Source: Bilabrum cf. latius
Taxonomy: Eukaryota
Direction of reading: 5' to 3'
Assembly (NCBI GenBank): GCA_965178125.1
Contig: OZ237742.1
Coordinates: forward strand, 124,001 to 188,000
Length of the DNA: 64,000 nucleotides
This document shows positions 13,123 to 23,653 of this stretch, piece after piece. Each line of letters opens with the position of its first letter. The first letter of the stretch is position 1. Under the pieces are notes generated by a model that worked only from the letters and a program-made list of their open reading frames with translations, did no database searches and had not been told where the DNA came from. Both the position numbers and the translations under genes were made by a program.

Positions 13123-13632
13123 TAGTGAGTTGCCGGGACCACTTCGCACGTAGAATTCATATGACAGCTTGCCGCCGAGCTCACTACCTACGCTGCTAAG
13201 CCCAGGAGTTCCGCAGGCTACATCATGGGAGAACCAGTGTAGCACTTTGTTCACGGCATCTGCCGAGGTATCATCCTTTCCCTATCGGATGTACCCAAAG
13301 GCTGGTAGAACTACTACTGCTGTGCCTGAATGACCAACAAGCATGGATTCGACAGCTCCACCAAGGCCGCCAAAGGAAGCCAACGGTCGCACTTCGTAAG
13401 AAATATGGACAACACGTTGTAGCGCTGATACTCCCTTGACGCCAACAGCCTATGCAAGGCTGTTGAGGCTGCTTGCGCTCCGTTCCAAGTCATGGACGCA
13501 TGCATTCAAATAGCCGCTCTCGTCCGTATGATGCGTAGCACTGCTGGTAGAAACTATACCTTGTACATACAAAACAAGTCCTGCAATCATGAATACTGCC
13601 AGTAGCGTGCACAGCCTTGGTGACTTCTTCAT
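10714..13632 (-). CDS. Type II membrane GT5-like glycosyltransferase, copy B (inverted paralog of copy A); 9 in-frame TAG
   Basis: Anchor LCTLLAVFMIAGLVLYV, then HISYEVRPLASFGGLG, LFVGRFEANKG and PSWLEGYGLVASEALQHG. TAGs at 13450, 13282, 12826, 12721, 12685, 12055, 11185, 11110, 10936; ends at TGA 10714-10716. An alternative start at ATG 13767 is possible. Confidence 0.83.
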
Positions 13633-14153
13633 GTCCCCAATTCCTTGTGCACTGCAAACAGTGGACTTTTGGCGAGTGTTGCCTGTATGCTTCACACGCT
13701 TTGATGCTATATTTGACCAACCGTTCCGGTGATATGAAGCAGCATGCAGAATTGGCTGTCTCAGCATCAAAACGTCGTATACGGAAAGATGGAGCTGCGG
13801 CTGCACAAGGCACAAGCAGCTGCGAGCACGGGCCCCGGAGGCGCGCTACCCACTGTATGTGGCGCGTGCTGCAGGTAGACGATGCCTGCAGCTTGTTTCT
13901 GCGTCTTGGTACTGCTTGCTACGTAGTGTACACTGTGCTGCTTCCCTCGACGAACGCGGTTCCGTCGGAAGGTTCTCAGCTGAACTCCGAAATCGCCGAT
14001 TGGGCCCTCCTTGCGGGGCCCTTTACAAAGTAAAAGTAGGTATGTTTGAGTATTTTATGACGTGTATGAATAAATACATGGTTTTATATTATGCATACAT
14101 GGTCTAATCTTGCCAAAAACATCTAGAAGGCGAGATATATGGGCCCAAAGAGA

Positions 14154-14233
14154 ACCGTTTTGGCCGAATCTGGAGCGATTTTTAACCGGAACCATGACTG
14201 CCGGAGGTTCGCTCCAGATTCGGCCAAAACGGT
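14154..14233. repeat. Perfect 25-bp inverted repeat with a 30-nt loop
   Basis: ACCGTTTTGGCCGAATCTGGAGCGA (14154-14178) and its exact reverse complement TCGCTCCAGATTCGGCCAAAACGGT (14209-14233). Confidence 0.9.
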
Positions 14234-14359
14234 CATTCTCCTTCAGGCAACAAGGAGAGGGACAACTACGAACGCGGACAATAAGGAAAGTTTATCCCCA
14301 AGCCCGCCCTGGGCTGAGCGCGGAGGGAATTTCAGGTTGGTAAATTAAGTGATTGAATT

Positions 14360-14519
14360 TAACCCCACCGGTGAGGAGGCTCAGCCCTCCTGGTCGCCAC
14401 GAGAGCACGGGGAAAGAGCCGCAGAGGCGGCCGCGGGCCCCAAAAGGGCCCGCCCTCTCCGGCACCTGTGCTCTCAAGGCGTGCCCTTTTCATACCAAAA
14501 CCACGAACGAGTGGGGTTA
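14360..14519. other. 160-nt multi-stem structured element (candidate ncRNA or MITE-like element)
   Basis: Terminal stem TAACCCCAC/GTGGGGTTA; inner stems GGAGG/CCTCC, GAGAGCACGGG/CCTGTGCTCTC, AGAGG/CCTCT and GCGGGCCC/GGGCCCGC. Confidence 0.45.
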
Positions 14520-15021
14520 CACGAGGTTAGTGTGGTAATTGTCCGCTTTGAATGACTGCCCTATTCCGGGACAATGACCGGGTGGTACTGGCGGTGGCTC
14601 GAGAGTAGCGAGTCGCTTGTTCAAGCCAAATATTTCAGTACTCTTAAGCTAGCAGTAATGATGTCGCGGAGAACGCAGCAAGTGGATCATCATCGCGGCG
14701 GTGCAGTGTCTGACTGGCTTCAGTGTATCATGGGGTGTACTGTGAGTCGTGAACCACCATAACCGTCTTCTGGTTGAAATCCATCTAGAAGGCAAAAATA
14801 TGGGGGGGGGTTCTGGTATACTGTGAAAAAGTCGTATCATTACGTTCACTCATCATCATCACTTTCTAGATCTCGCACCGGATCCTCGTCCAAGGCTTGA
14901 TCTCTGTGGCACTCATCGAGACTCCCGAGTTCACGCAGGATGATCCAGCAACACCAATACCCCGCCATGGTTGGGTTGTGGTGCAGCTAGAGCTCCTGGA
15001 TCCTCGGGGTGTCGATCTCTT

Positions 15022-16125
15022 GAGGGCCCGGGACCTACCAGACTTCACGCTTCAGCTGCAATAGCTCTCGTATACACGTTTCATATGGACTACGAGAATA
15101 GCCTAACCCACCTTAGCTCCACCCTGAGGACCCATTTCCCCCTGGGGAGCGTCAGCATTCACGTTCCCTCCGGCGCCCGCTGCCGGCACCCCGTCCTGCT
15201 GCCCGTTCTGAGCCAACCCTAGCTTGACGTTGGCGATCGCCACGGCGAGGTAGTTGTTTCCGGCTGCCCCTGCAGCCAGGCTGGCAAAGTCCTCCCGGAC
15301 CGCCCTTGCGAGCGCCCGTTTGGCCTTCGCTGCAGCCCTCCTCGATCCCTTCGAGACAAACTCGAGGATCCTTGAGTGGTCCTGCATGACCCGTGAATAA
15401 GTAGTGTGGTACACACGCTGTTCCCCGCGAACGTGCTGGTGCTGGGCGGCGACTGAGAGGCAAGCCATTGCTACAGCAGACCACGAGAGGTGCGCATCGG
15501 CTGGACGAGTCGAAACCCGCCGCCCTTTGTCCTACTACCTATTCCGCAACTTGTCGAGCACCTATAGGAACTTGACAGGCTTTTCTCGGGTCCCCTCAAA
15601 CACGTCTACCACAAAGGGTACGACCCGCACGCCACTGCGCACCGCCCCTTTCTGTGTCCTCACAGTCCCTGGACACCACTTGCCTTCTCCTCCGATCCGG
15701 ACGCCGAGCGCTCCGAGGTCGACGGGCCTGCCGTAGCTGGCCAGCTTCGTGGCATGCGCGGCCCGCAAAGCTGACCCCTCTTGCCAGTCGCTACCAATCC
15801 TCCACGACGAGCGGTCCCACCGGTAAGTTGCCGCGGTGGAATCAACCACCGTGACGTCGATGAGATAAGCCGTCACCTCGTGCTCAAAGAACAGGTCGCC
15901 CGTGGCACGAGCAGACCGCGCCGATCCGGCAGCCGGGCCATTTGGCCCTCTGGCGCCCGGATTGGGCGTCTGCCCGTGGCCTCGCGAACCACCTGCCAGT
16001 GCTCGAGCACGTTGAGCACCCGGAAGTGCCTGCGCTTGTCCTTGCACGTGGCACCGTGGTGGACTGACTAGGTCAGTTCGACTACCTTGCCCTGCTTCCG
16101 GCACCCCGGGCGGATCTGCGCACGC
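15022..16125 (-). mobile_element. 5'-truncated, decayed non-LTR retrotransposon with restriction-like endonuclease (CRE/NeSL/R2-group-like), copy 1
   Basis: The minus strand encodes a CPGC...HGATC...RH zinc-knuckle region, then GDLFF...LIDVTVVDSTAATY...AAHATKLASY...VVPFVVDV (PD-(D/E)xK RLE pattern), with frameshifts. Similar to 45999-47065. The 3' UTR may extend to a (TGA)n-like tract at ~14850-14861. Confidence 0.8.
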
Positions 16126-16293
16126 TAAAATAACATTACTTTTTTGTAACGCGTATTTTGAAAGCTGAAATCGTAATTGAACGATGATAGACTTCGCGTG
16201 ACGAGGCCCAAATAGATTGCAAGGTACAGAGTATTCGCTGGAGTGAACCCAACAACTTGCATAAGTCATAGGTTTGCTCTGCTCGAAAGATCA

Positions 16294-19200
16294 ATGGTAT
16301 TCTCGCGTCAAAAGAAATAGAACTTACCGGCAAGGAATGCTGCATGTAGGTGCCCCGGCATTCCTGCCTGGCTCTACCATGCATATTATCGACTAAGATA
16401 TCGAAAAGACGAAGTTTTCAGGTATCTCTTCATAACTATAGCCATATTCGTTGTTGCCCTCGGAGTTCTCATGTATGCAAGGTTGACAGATCCTTCTACC
16501 CAAACCGTCTCGCCGAGACCAGAAACCGCTGGGCACAGCATGGTGATTCCCGAGGATACATGCATGGTACTGATGGATCGTGTTGATCGATAGACTATGG
16601 CGGTGGGCAGCTCTCCGGAACGCCACACACCGGCTGTTTCTGTGTCTGGCTTCACCGTCATTACTCAGGTGTATGGCCGCGTTTCTGTTCCAGAGCTTCA
16701 AGATTTTCTAGACGCGTACTCTTATATTGGAGGTGTTGATTCAGTCGTAATCGTGTGGAACAGATTGGACGTGCAAGTGCCACAAGCGGGGAAGCTTCGG
16801 TCTGGGGTTCCAGTGCGAATTGTTCGGATGCGGACGAACAGTATGAATAACAGGTTCTTGGTGGCTGATCACATACGAACTGACGCTGTCTTATTGGCTG
16901 ACGACGATCTCAGGATACCGGCAGCAGACGTACGCAATCTGTACTCTGTCTGGCGTGACAATCAGAACCGGCTGGTCGGTTTCCTGCCCCGGTCCTACTT
17001 CTTGGGGGGCGAAAGCAAGCACCCGTACTATAACTACCAAGTCCACAAGGATGGATCTTACTCTATTATCCTGGTGGGGGCGTCCATGTTCCACAGGCGG
17101 TTCATGGAAATGTATGCCTCTCCGGAGCTGGCCCCCGTGCGGGAGCACATCGACGAAGTGTTCAACTGCGACGACATCGCCATGAACATGATCGTGGCGA
17201 TGGAAACGAGGCTGCCACCCCTGCAGGTCAGCGGGCACGTTGACTCGTTGATGAGCACGGAGCACAGCGGCCTCAGCGAGCAGGTGAACTGGGGCGCCCA
17301 GAGGGCTGCGTGCCTGGGCAGCCTCATCGACATCCTTGGCGAGAACCCCCTGCTTGACACCAGGATGAGGGTGCAGCCCGCGGAGGAAATCGTCGCGGTG
17401 CAGGACTCGCGGCGGACGTCAGACGGGGTGCGGAGTGGGGTGGGGTATGGGGTGGATTTGCTGGCAGCAGCAGCAGCATCGCCAGCGCCAGCACCAGCAC
17501 CGGGTGCTGCTGCGGCGGCGGCAGAAGACCTAATCGACGATGGGAGCAAGGCTGAGGACGAGTCGGCCGCCTTGCCATCCTCCGGTCCTGCGGCTCTGCC
17601 AGACAGAAGAGTCACGGGCGTGATCGTGTCCTTCCGTCGGCGTGCCAATATCCGGGCCATCGTGTGCGAGGCCATCCGGGACTATGCTCCCCTGCTGGCC
17701 GAGTTCATCGTGGTGAACAATGACGTGGAGCGGCCCATGGAAAGGGACGCGGAGAAGGAGATGGACTGCGCGAGCTGGGAAGCGGAGCAGAAGTAGGCCA
17801 ATGGTGCTGGTGGCGTGCCAGGCGACGCCGGCAAGGCCGATGCACTCGCCAGTGCAGAGGCTCGATCCATCTTCGGTACCAAGCAAGTGCCCATTCGAGT
17901 GATAGACAACGCTTAGAACTCGTTCACAATGGCCAGATACACGGGGTGCAGAGAGGCGCGGACAGAGCTGTGCTTCGTGGTGGACGACGACTTCAGGCCA
18001 AAGCACCTGCGGGCGCTGGTCTCGGCGTTCTCCAAGCATCCAGGCCGGGTAGTGGTGGCTACAGACGTGTCTTCTGCCCATCTCAACTCCCGGTGGACGT
18101 TCTTTGAGCCGCACAGGCGACTGCACGCCGGGTTCGCCTGGCTGGGCACTGGCGCGCTGCTGCCGCGGGAGCAGGTGCTGCGTTTCCTGGCTACGATTGA
18201 GAGGATTGGGGCCACCCCGGAGATGCAGCGATTCGCGGACCTGTACTTCACACTGCTGCTGAACTAGGTGCCGCTATCCCTGCAGACTGCGTTGGTGCAG
18301 CAGGGGCTGGACACGGGCGGCGCCTTCTCATGCGCAGACTGCAAGGACCACCGCAAGCAGAACTCGGACCACCAGCTGGCGGCCTTGAAGATCCTCCGCA
18401 GGTGCCTTGACTCGCAGGCTCAGCTGGGCGCGGCATTGTGGGACACCAGTCCGGATGGGAGCGAAACGTCTGGCCCGAGGCGCGGGGTTCGTGGGTCGAA
18501 GGCCCTCTCGATGGATGGGGCTGCGAGCCCGTTCGACTGCAGGATCGAGGAGCTGTACACCACTCGAGACTGGGCAGAGGTCGTCTTCAAGGCTGTGCTG
18601 CCGGGGGACGAGGGGCTGTTCCTGTCCTCGGTGGACCCGCAGGTGGCAGCCTCAAGGAACGGATCCCACTGGGACGCAGCCTTTCCCAAGGGCTGGGCCG
18701 TACCCTCCCACGAGATACAGTTCGTGAGCGCCGTGGACGGCAAGATGGCGACGGGCCTCCGCGTGTCGCACGCCGCCATGGAAGCGCAGAGACACCCGAT
18801 TTTTGGAGTGCAGCTGGCGGAAGGGGTGGCTCTGGGCGGGATGTTAGTCAGCGGTAAAGGTTCCATGGATGCGATCCGCGGAGCCAGGCTGCAGGTGTCG
18901 ACCGACGGGGCCGTGTTCGAGGACGTCCCGTCTCTCGCAAGCAGCGGCTGCGAAGAGCTCAAGACCGCTGCGTGTGAGGCAGTGGCACGCGCTGCCGAGC
19001 CGCTGCACCTCGAGACCATCGTGGTGGTGCCTGTGCAGCCCGTCGCTGGCAGCGTGGTGACAGCGAGGCTGGTGCTTGACGTGCAACCGATCACGTCAGA
19101 CTTGAAGGGCGAGTCGGCAGGTGACCTCTTTCTCCACGAAGTGAGGATGCTGCGGCCACCGAGCTCCGTGATCACGCCTAGAGTGCTGGTTGTGAGCACC

Positions 19201-21384
19201 TCACCGGCACGCACGTTCGGGGACTTGCTGGACTGCCCCATGGCTGAGCTGGCCCAGCTGCTGGCATCGAAGGGGGGACAGGAAGTGGCTATGCTGCACG
19301 CAAGCGACAAGCGGCTGGACGGGGTGGGGCACAGACAGGCTCAGCACTTCCTTGCGAAACACGGAGTGCGGCTGCACCTGCTGGGCGAGGCCTTGGACGG
19401 AGACGAGGGCACCAAGCGGTACAGGCGAGCACCTGACACTTCTTTCTCTCAGCTGGAGCTTGCCTTTGCGCGCTGGCTAAGAGTTGAGGAGGGCAGGTAC
19501 GGCACCGTGCACTTCGACGTGCACAAGACGCCCGTCGCACTGGCGATTCGCATGCGAGAGGTGGGCGTGGCCCATGGCTCCACTGCCTTCATCGGGCATG
19601 TCTCCACCACGGTCACGGACAGAACAGAGGCTGGCGCTCGATTTATCGATTCTCAGGAAGAGCTGGTGGCAGCTGTGGCTGAGCGAGCGAGTGCGAGGGG
19701 AGCGGACCTGATCGTGCACCCGACGCAGCACAGCGCGGCCCGCTCGGGGGACAGTCTGGGACAGGCCAGCGCTGCTACATAGATAGTGCTGCGGCCCCCG
19801 GTGCACAGCTTTGGCGGCGGCCGGGCGCAGGTATCTGTCGATGAGACTGGCACGGGCAGTTCCATTCCGTCCAGTGTGCAGCTCATGGTGGCCGAGACGA
19901 GAAGCACCACGCCGCAGCGGGTGCGGGACGTGGTGGCGGCGTTTTCGTGGGCAGCCCGCGAGATGGCAAGCGAGGGCGAGGGCCCGGTTTCCAAGCGATC
20001 GCCCGTCATCAGCCGGCTCGTCGTCGTGGGCGGGCGCACAGTGCCCCTCGTACGGAGCCTCTTGGGCCTCAACGATCTGCTGCAGGCACCAGACGACGCA
20101 GTGACAGACGGTGAGCAGACGATCGCGATTCCTCAAGACCATCCCCTGGCACCGCTGGTGGCAGTCGTTGAGTTCGTGCAGACGGCCAGCCACGTGAGGG
20201 CAGCGGACATCGTGGAGATGCTGGCGCCCAGCCACCTCTTCGTGGCGATGCCCAGCAAGGGAGAAGGCGCGTGGCTGACGCAGGCGCTTCTGGACGCGGG
20301 CGCCAATGTGGCCCTCCCGCAGTCTCTGGCAGAGCTGCTCCCGCCTGCGGCCAGGGGAGAGTGCGCCTACACGACCGTCCGGAGCGCGGGGCTGGGGACT
20401 GTGCTGCGGAACGCGGCGCATCTTGTGCGGTCGAAGCGGTGCTCCGGCAGCGCCAAGGACTCGGAGTCGGCGGCCGATGCTTTCGTCCGTCTGGACTCGC
20501 AGCTGGGGGCCAGGAGCGCGGGCCCGGGGCGCGTGGCTCCTCTAGCCCTACCTCGCCGCTCGCCGACCGACGTCCTGCCGCTCGTGTCGATCTGTGTGGC
20601 GCACAAGGACGCTGGGGAGCAGCTGCTGCTGTCGGTCCGCTCCGCTGCCGCTTAGAGCTACCCCTCGATCGAGATCGTGGTGATGGACGGGCTGTCGGAT
20701 CCAAGCGAGCAGGGCACGTTTGCTGACGTAGATCGATTGGCGGCGAGTCGGGGCGGGTTGCGTATGCTGTCGCGGGAGTGGGCGGGGCCGTCGGATGCCA
20801 AGAACTTCGCGGCCCAGCGGTCGAAGGGGCAGCTGCTCTACTTTCTCGAGCCCGGGGTGGAGCTGGCACCAGCTGCGATCGAACGGATGGTGGCTCTCCT
20901 GCTGCGGGAGCGCGCTGATGTGGTGGTGTCCTGGCTCACAGAGTACCGGAACCTTGACGAGACGGCGGTGGGCAAGCAGGACGACGCGGAGGAGTGGACG
21001 GTTGCCCTTGCGGGCGCCGAGCCACCCCTGGAAAGGCTGGCAGAGGTATTCGGGCCCGGGGCTGGGCTGATTCGCCGCAGCTGCTTCACCAAGATCGGCG
21101 GCTACCAGATGCTAGGCAATGGCTTCGAGTTTGGCCTCTCGTTCGTGGAGGACCACTCGCCGGGGGCAGCGCTCTTCTTAAGGGCGCACGCACTGGGGTT
21201 CGCGGTCAGAGTGCTGCCTGAAGTGGCCTACACGCAGCCCGTCCCGACGGCGGCGGCCACGACACCGGGTCTAGAGCATCAGCGGGATGCCCTCCTTGCG
21301 TCTGCAGCAATGAGCTCAATGGGTTGGCAGGAGCGGATCTTGCTGGAGTACACGCTCGGTCGACAGTCCAAGCTCGTGGGATGA
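16294..21384 (+). CDS. Multidomain Golgi-type glycosyltransferase (~1696 aa): TM anchor, GT64/EXTL domain, second GT-A domain, degenerate GT-B-like region, C-terminal GT2-like domain; 7 in-frame TAG
   Basis: The anchor FRYLFITIAIFVVALGVLMYA is in frame only across TAG 16591. GT64 motifs VIVWN, NSMNNRF, TDAVLLADDD, RLVGFLPR, YSIILVGASMFH, NCDDIAMN and QRAACL. Second domain MARYTGC...CFVVDDD...GFAWLGTGA. GT2 domain PLVSICVAH...SAAA[TAG]SYPSIEIVVMDG. TAGs at 16318, 16591, 17794, 17914, 18265, 19780, 20653; ends at TGA 21382. Confidence 0.88.
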
Positions 21385-21441
21385 TTGCGGATTGCCTGGC
21401 GATGATTGCGGATTGCCTAGCGATGATTGCGGATTGCCTGG
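21380..21441 (+). repeat. Tandem repeat, 21-nt unit x3, overlapping the stop codon of the GT64 gene
   Basis: GATGATTGCGGATTGCCT(G/A)GC at 21380, 21401 and 21422 (last copy ends ...CTGG). Confidence 0.9.
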
Positions 21442-21616
21442 TCTTGATAAATTATTCTCTACTGCGATGAAATTCAAGGCATTTGGAGCAGCTGGTTCAA
21501 GGGATGCTGGCGTAAAACACTGGCACAAGAAAGCAGTGCTACGCATGACAAGCAGTGCAATCACTCGAAGCTAACATCACAGTCCAGTGAAGACAAGTAC
21601 ACCCTGTGCGCGCATT

Positions 21617-23482
21617 ATGATAAGTGTCGTAGCATTCCTTATATCCGTTGCATTGGCCGCCCCGACGTATCATATGCATGGAAATAGTCTCACGCAAGTT
21701 GGAAGTGCTGCTTTTGAGCTTTCGACCTTCATGGAAAGCACAGGCCTCATGTTCAACGATACAGGGGGTGACAGTTTCGTAGAATATTTTACACCTGACT
21801 TTGCTCAATCGTGGGCGAAAGGGAATATTACGATGGGTGGGCTTGCGGGTTCAACTGGCAGGCTCGAGGTCTGCGGTGGCTCTTCGGGCTCACTAGTCTC
21901 TGTAGATTCGCAGTCAGGCAATCTTACCCTGGTTCCAGTGGTTGGATCTAGGTCTACTATCGCACATCGGTGGGAAGGGGCTCCGTTCATCGCTGCCGAT
22001 GCCTTCTGCAGCTAGGATCCAAGCGGCGGTTCGGAAGGCTGCTACGCCTTTGGATTGACCAGCTCTGGTGCCTGCATCGTGTTTCAAACGAAAGATCACT
22101 GCACGACGTGGACATAGGCTCGGTTGCTTGCAGCTGGGCTGTTTCCTTCACAAAGTGCCTCGCTGCCGACGTTTGGCGGTAGCCTGAGCGTCCTGGCAAG
22201 CGGGCAATCGCTCGACAGCTGGGTCATCATGGCGGACTATCTGCCAGCAGGCGGCGGTGGCACACAGGCAGCCGCATGGTGGCGACTCAGCGGGAATCTG
22301 ACCAGCCCTGGGGCCTGGCAGCCCGTCCAGAACGGGACCCTGGAACCGGGCCTGCGGCAGCCCAAAGCGGTCCCCCTGGGCCTCTCCCACCAGCGCCCCT
22401 TGCAGGTAGCCGACGCAGCCGTGATCGGATCAGCCACGCTTGCACCTGCCAGCAGCAGCGCTGTCCAAGGAGGCGGCATCCTTACAGTGCCGAGGCAGGC
22501 CGTCCTGCCGGCCCCCGCCTCCCCACCATCGCCCGACGCCTCGCTGGCTCTCATGCCGGCCCCCGCCGTGACTGCGCTGAGGCAGCAGGAGCTGCAGCTG
22601 GGCAGCCCGACGCTCGCAGCGAATGAGAGCATGACGCTGGCGGGTGCCTCTGGGTTCGGCCGCAGCCTCGAGGTGCAGGCGGGCGTTGTGCCTGCAGGCG
22701 CAGAGGCGCAAACTCTGGAGCTGGCGGTGCTGCAGGGGCCGGGGGGCCAGGCACCCCTGGCCACGGTGCACCTTCGAGTGGAGAGCGGGCAGTGCGATGG
22801 GTCGTGGCAGAACCACACCGACTCGCTGGCCCAGTCAGCCATCAAGGCTTTCACGCTGCCACGTGCCGACCCGGCTCTATGCATGCAGGCATGCTGCGCC
22901 GAGCCCGAGTGCAGTTTCTACACGTTCGTTTACAAGCAGCCACTGGACATGCACCAGGGCCGTGACAGCAGGCGCTCTCGCCTTGATGTCCCAGAGGGCA
23001 CCTGTCAGTCAGGAGACCTCAACTGCTGCTGGGTCAAGAGGGGGGCGGGCAAGCTGCTCCCCACTGGCGGATGTCCCGAGTGCGTGAGTGGGACCAACCC
23101 AAGCAAGCTGCGCTTCCAGCTGAGCGTGGTGTCTAGCTCCGGCGATGGAAGCGGCAGCGGGCGGGGCACTGTGCTGGCACAGAGCTAGTGGCAGACCTGG
23201 CGGGCCGGCGTCGGTGGCACTGCCTGCAGCAGCTCGGCGTTGCAGTTGCGAGTGCTCGTTGACAGCGAGCTGGTGGAGGCATTCGTGCAGCCGCAGGAGG
23301 GGGGCTTTCCCGTCAGTCTGACGGCGCGACTGCCGCGCGAGGCGCCAGGCAACCAATCGTACGATGCATCGGTCCGTGTCGCGTCGAGTTCCGCCTCTGC
23401 AGGCGGCGTGACCCTCCGTGACCTCACGCTGCACGAGCTGGCTGCCAAGCTGCCCGATCTAGATGAGAGGACCGGAGAATGA
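21617..23482 (+). CDS. Secreted protein with a GH32-like C-terminal beta-sandwich and an inserted PAN/Apple-like Cys module; 3 in-frame TAG
   Basis: Signal peptide MISVVAFLISVALA. GILTVPRQ and LRVLVDSELVEAFV resemble GH32 SLPREL and LRIxVDxSxVEVF. PAN-like CMQACCAEPECSFYTFV...CCWVK. TAGs at 22013, 22115, 23186; ends at TGA 23480. Confidence 0.65.
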
Positions 23483-23653
23483 TATCTATATATGAGGACC
23501 ATCACACAGTCAAGCTGTGACCCGATCCCAGATTGCACGGTTGAACTGCCACAATATGAAATTATAATGGATCCACAACAATATCCGTGTCGGGGCTTGA
23601 ACGAATGCGCGAAGCCTGCCCCAGCCCCCAGCAGCCAAGATTTACAACTCAGA

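Noticed and set aside
14840-16140. Target-site duplication around retroelement copy 1 (CATTAC near both ends)
   Set aside because: Only 6 bp, and not flush with definable element ends; compatible with chance.
21380-21441. CRISPR-like array
   Set aside because: Three contiguous 21-nt units with no spacers and no cas genes; this is a simple minisatellite.
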